A DNA stretch of 24,393 nt, taken from the IMG/VR virus record IMGVR_UViG_3300042387_000498, positions 1 through 24,393 of that record. The stretch is one strand, 5' to 3'. This document shows, in pieces, positions 24,309 through 24,393 of the stretch. This DNA comes from a virus (taxonomy: Duplodnaviria; Caudoviricetes). The notes below the pieces were generated by a model. The model saw only the letters and a program-made list of their open reading frames with translations. It ran no database searches and was not told the origin of the DNA. The first letter of the stretch is position 1, and each line of letters opens with the position of its first letter. The position numbers and the translations under genes are program-made.

Positions 24309-24393
24309 ATGACCGCATCCATCGCCCAACAGCGTGGAAGCAACACTTGGGAACAGTTCTGCGAGTGGGTGACTTCTACCAACAATCGTCTTT
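24309..24393 (+). CDS. psbA: Photosystem II D1 protein, 5' end (truncated by window end; not in the ORF track)
   Basis: [28 protein letters not shown] matches the D1 N-terminus. Confidence 0.95.
   Translation, partial: MTASIAQQRGSNTWEQFCEWVTSTNNRL

Overview
This window is part of a T4-like cyanophage (myovirus) genome, probably a freshwater Synechococcus/Cyanobium phage (inference). From left to right it carries the 3' end of nrdB and a PD-(D/E)XK nuclease, then a cell-wall module (C39-like peptidase, GH24 lysozyme, RlpA-like protein, a putative lipoprotein). Next comes a tRNA region (Arg-UCU, Val-UAC, Pro-UGG, Gly-UCC) with an HNH endonuclease, a glutaredoxin and several structured RNA elements. 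Host-like genes follow (SLH-domain outer-membrane protein, two hli, petF), then about 16 kb of virion/tail-fibre genes and the start of psbA. The strongest finding is a textbook -1 programmed frameshift signal: A-AAA-AAG, a 6-nt spacer and a perfect 9-bp stem. It would fuse the C39 peptidase to the lysozyme, which has no good start of its own, giving two cell-wall enzymes from one locus. Also notable are three related pseudoknot-UGGU RNA elements, each on the stop codon of consecutive genes, and a structured leader before the RlpA-like gene. All calls come from reading the sequence; no database searches were run.
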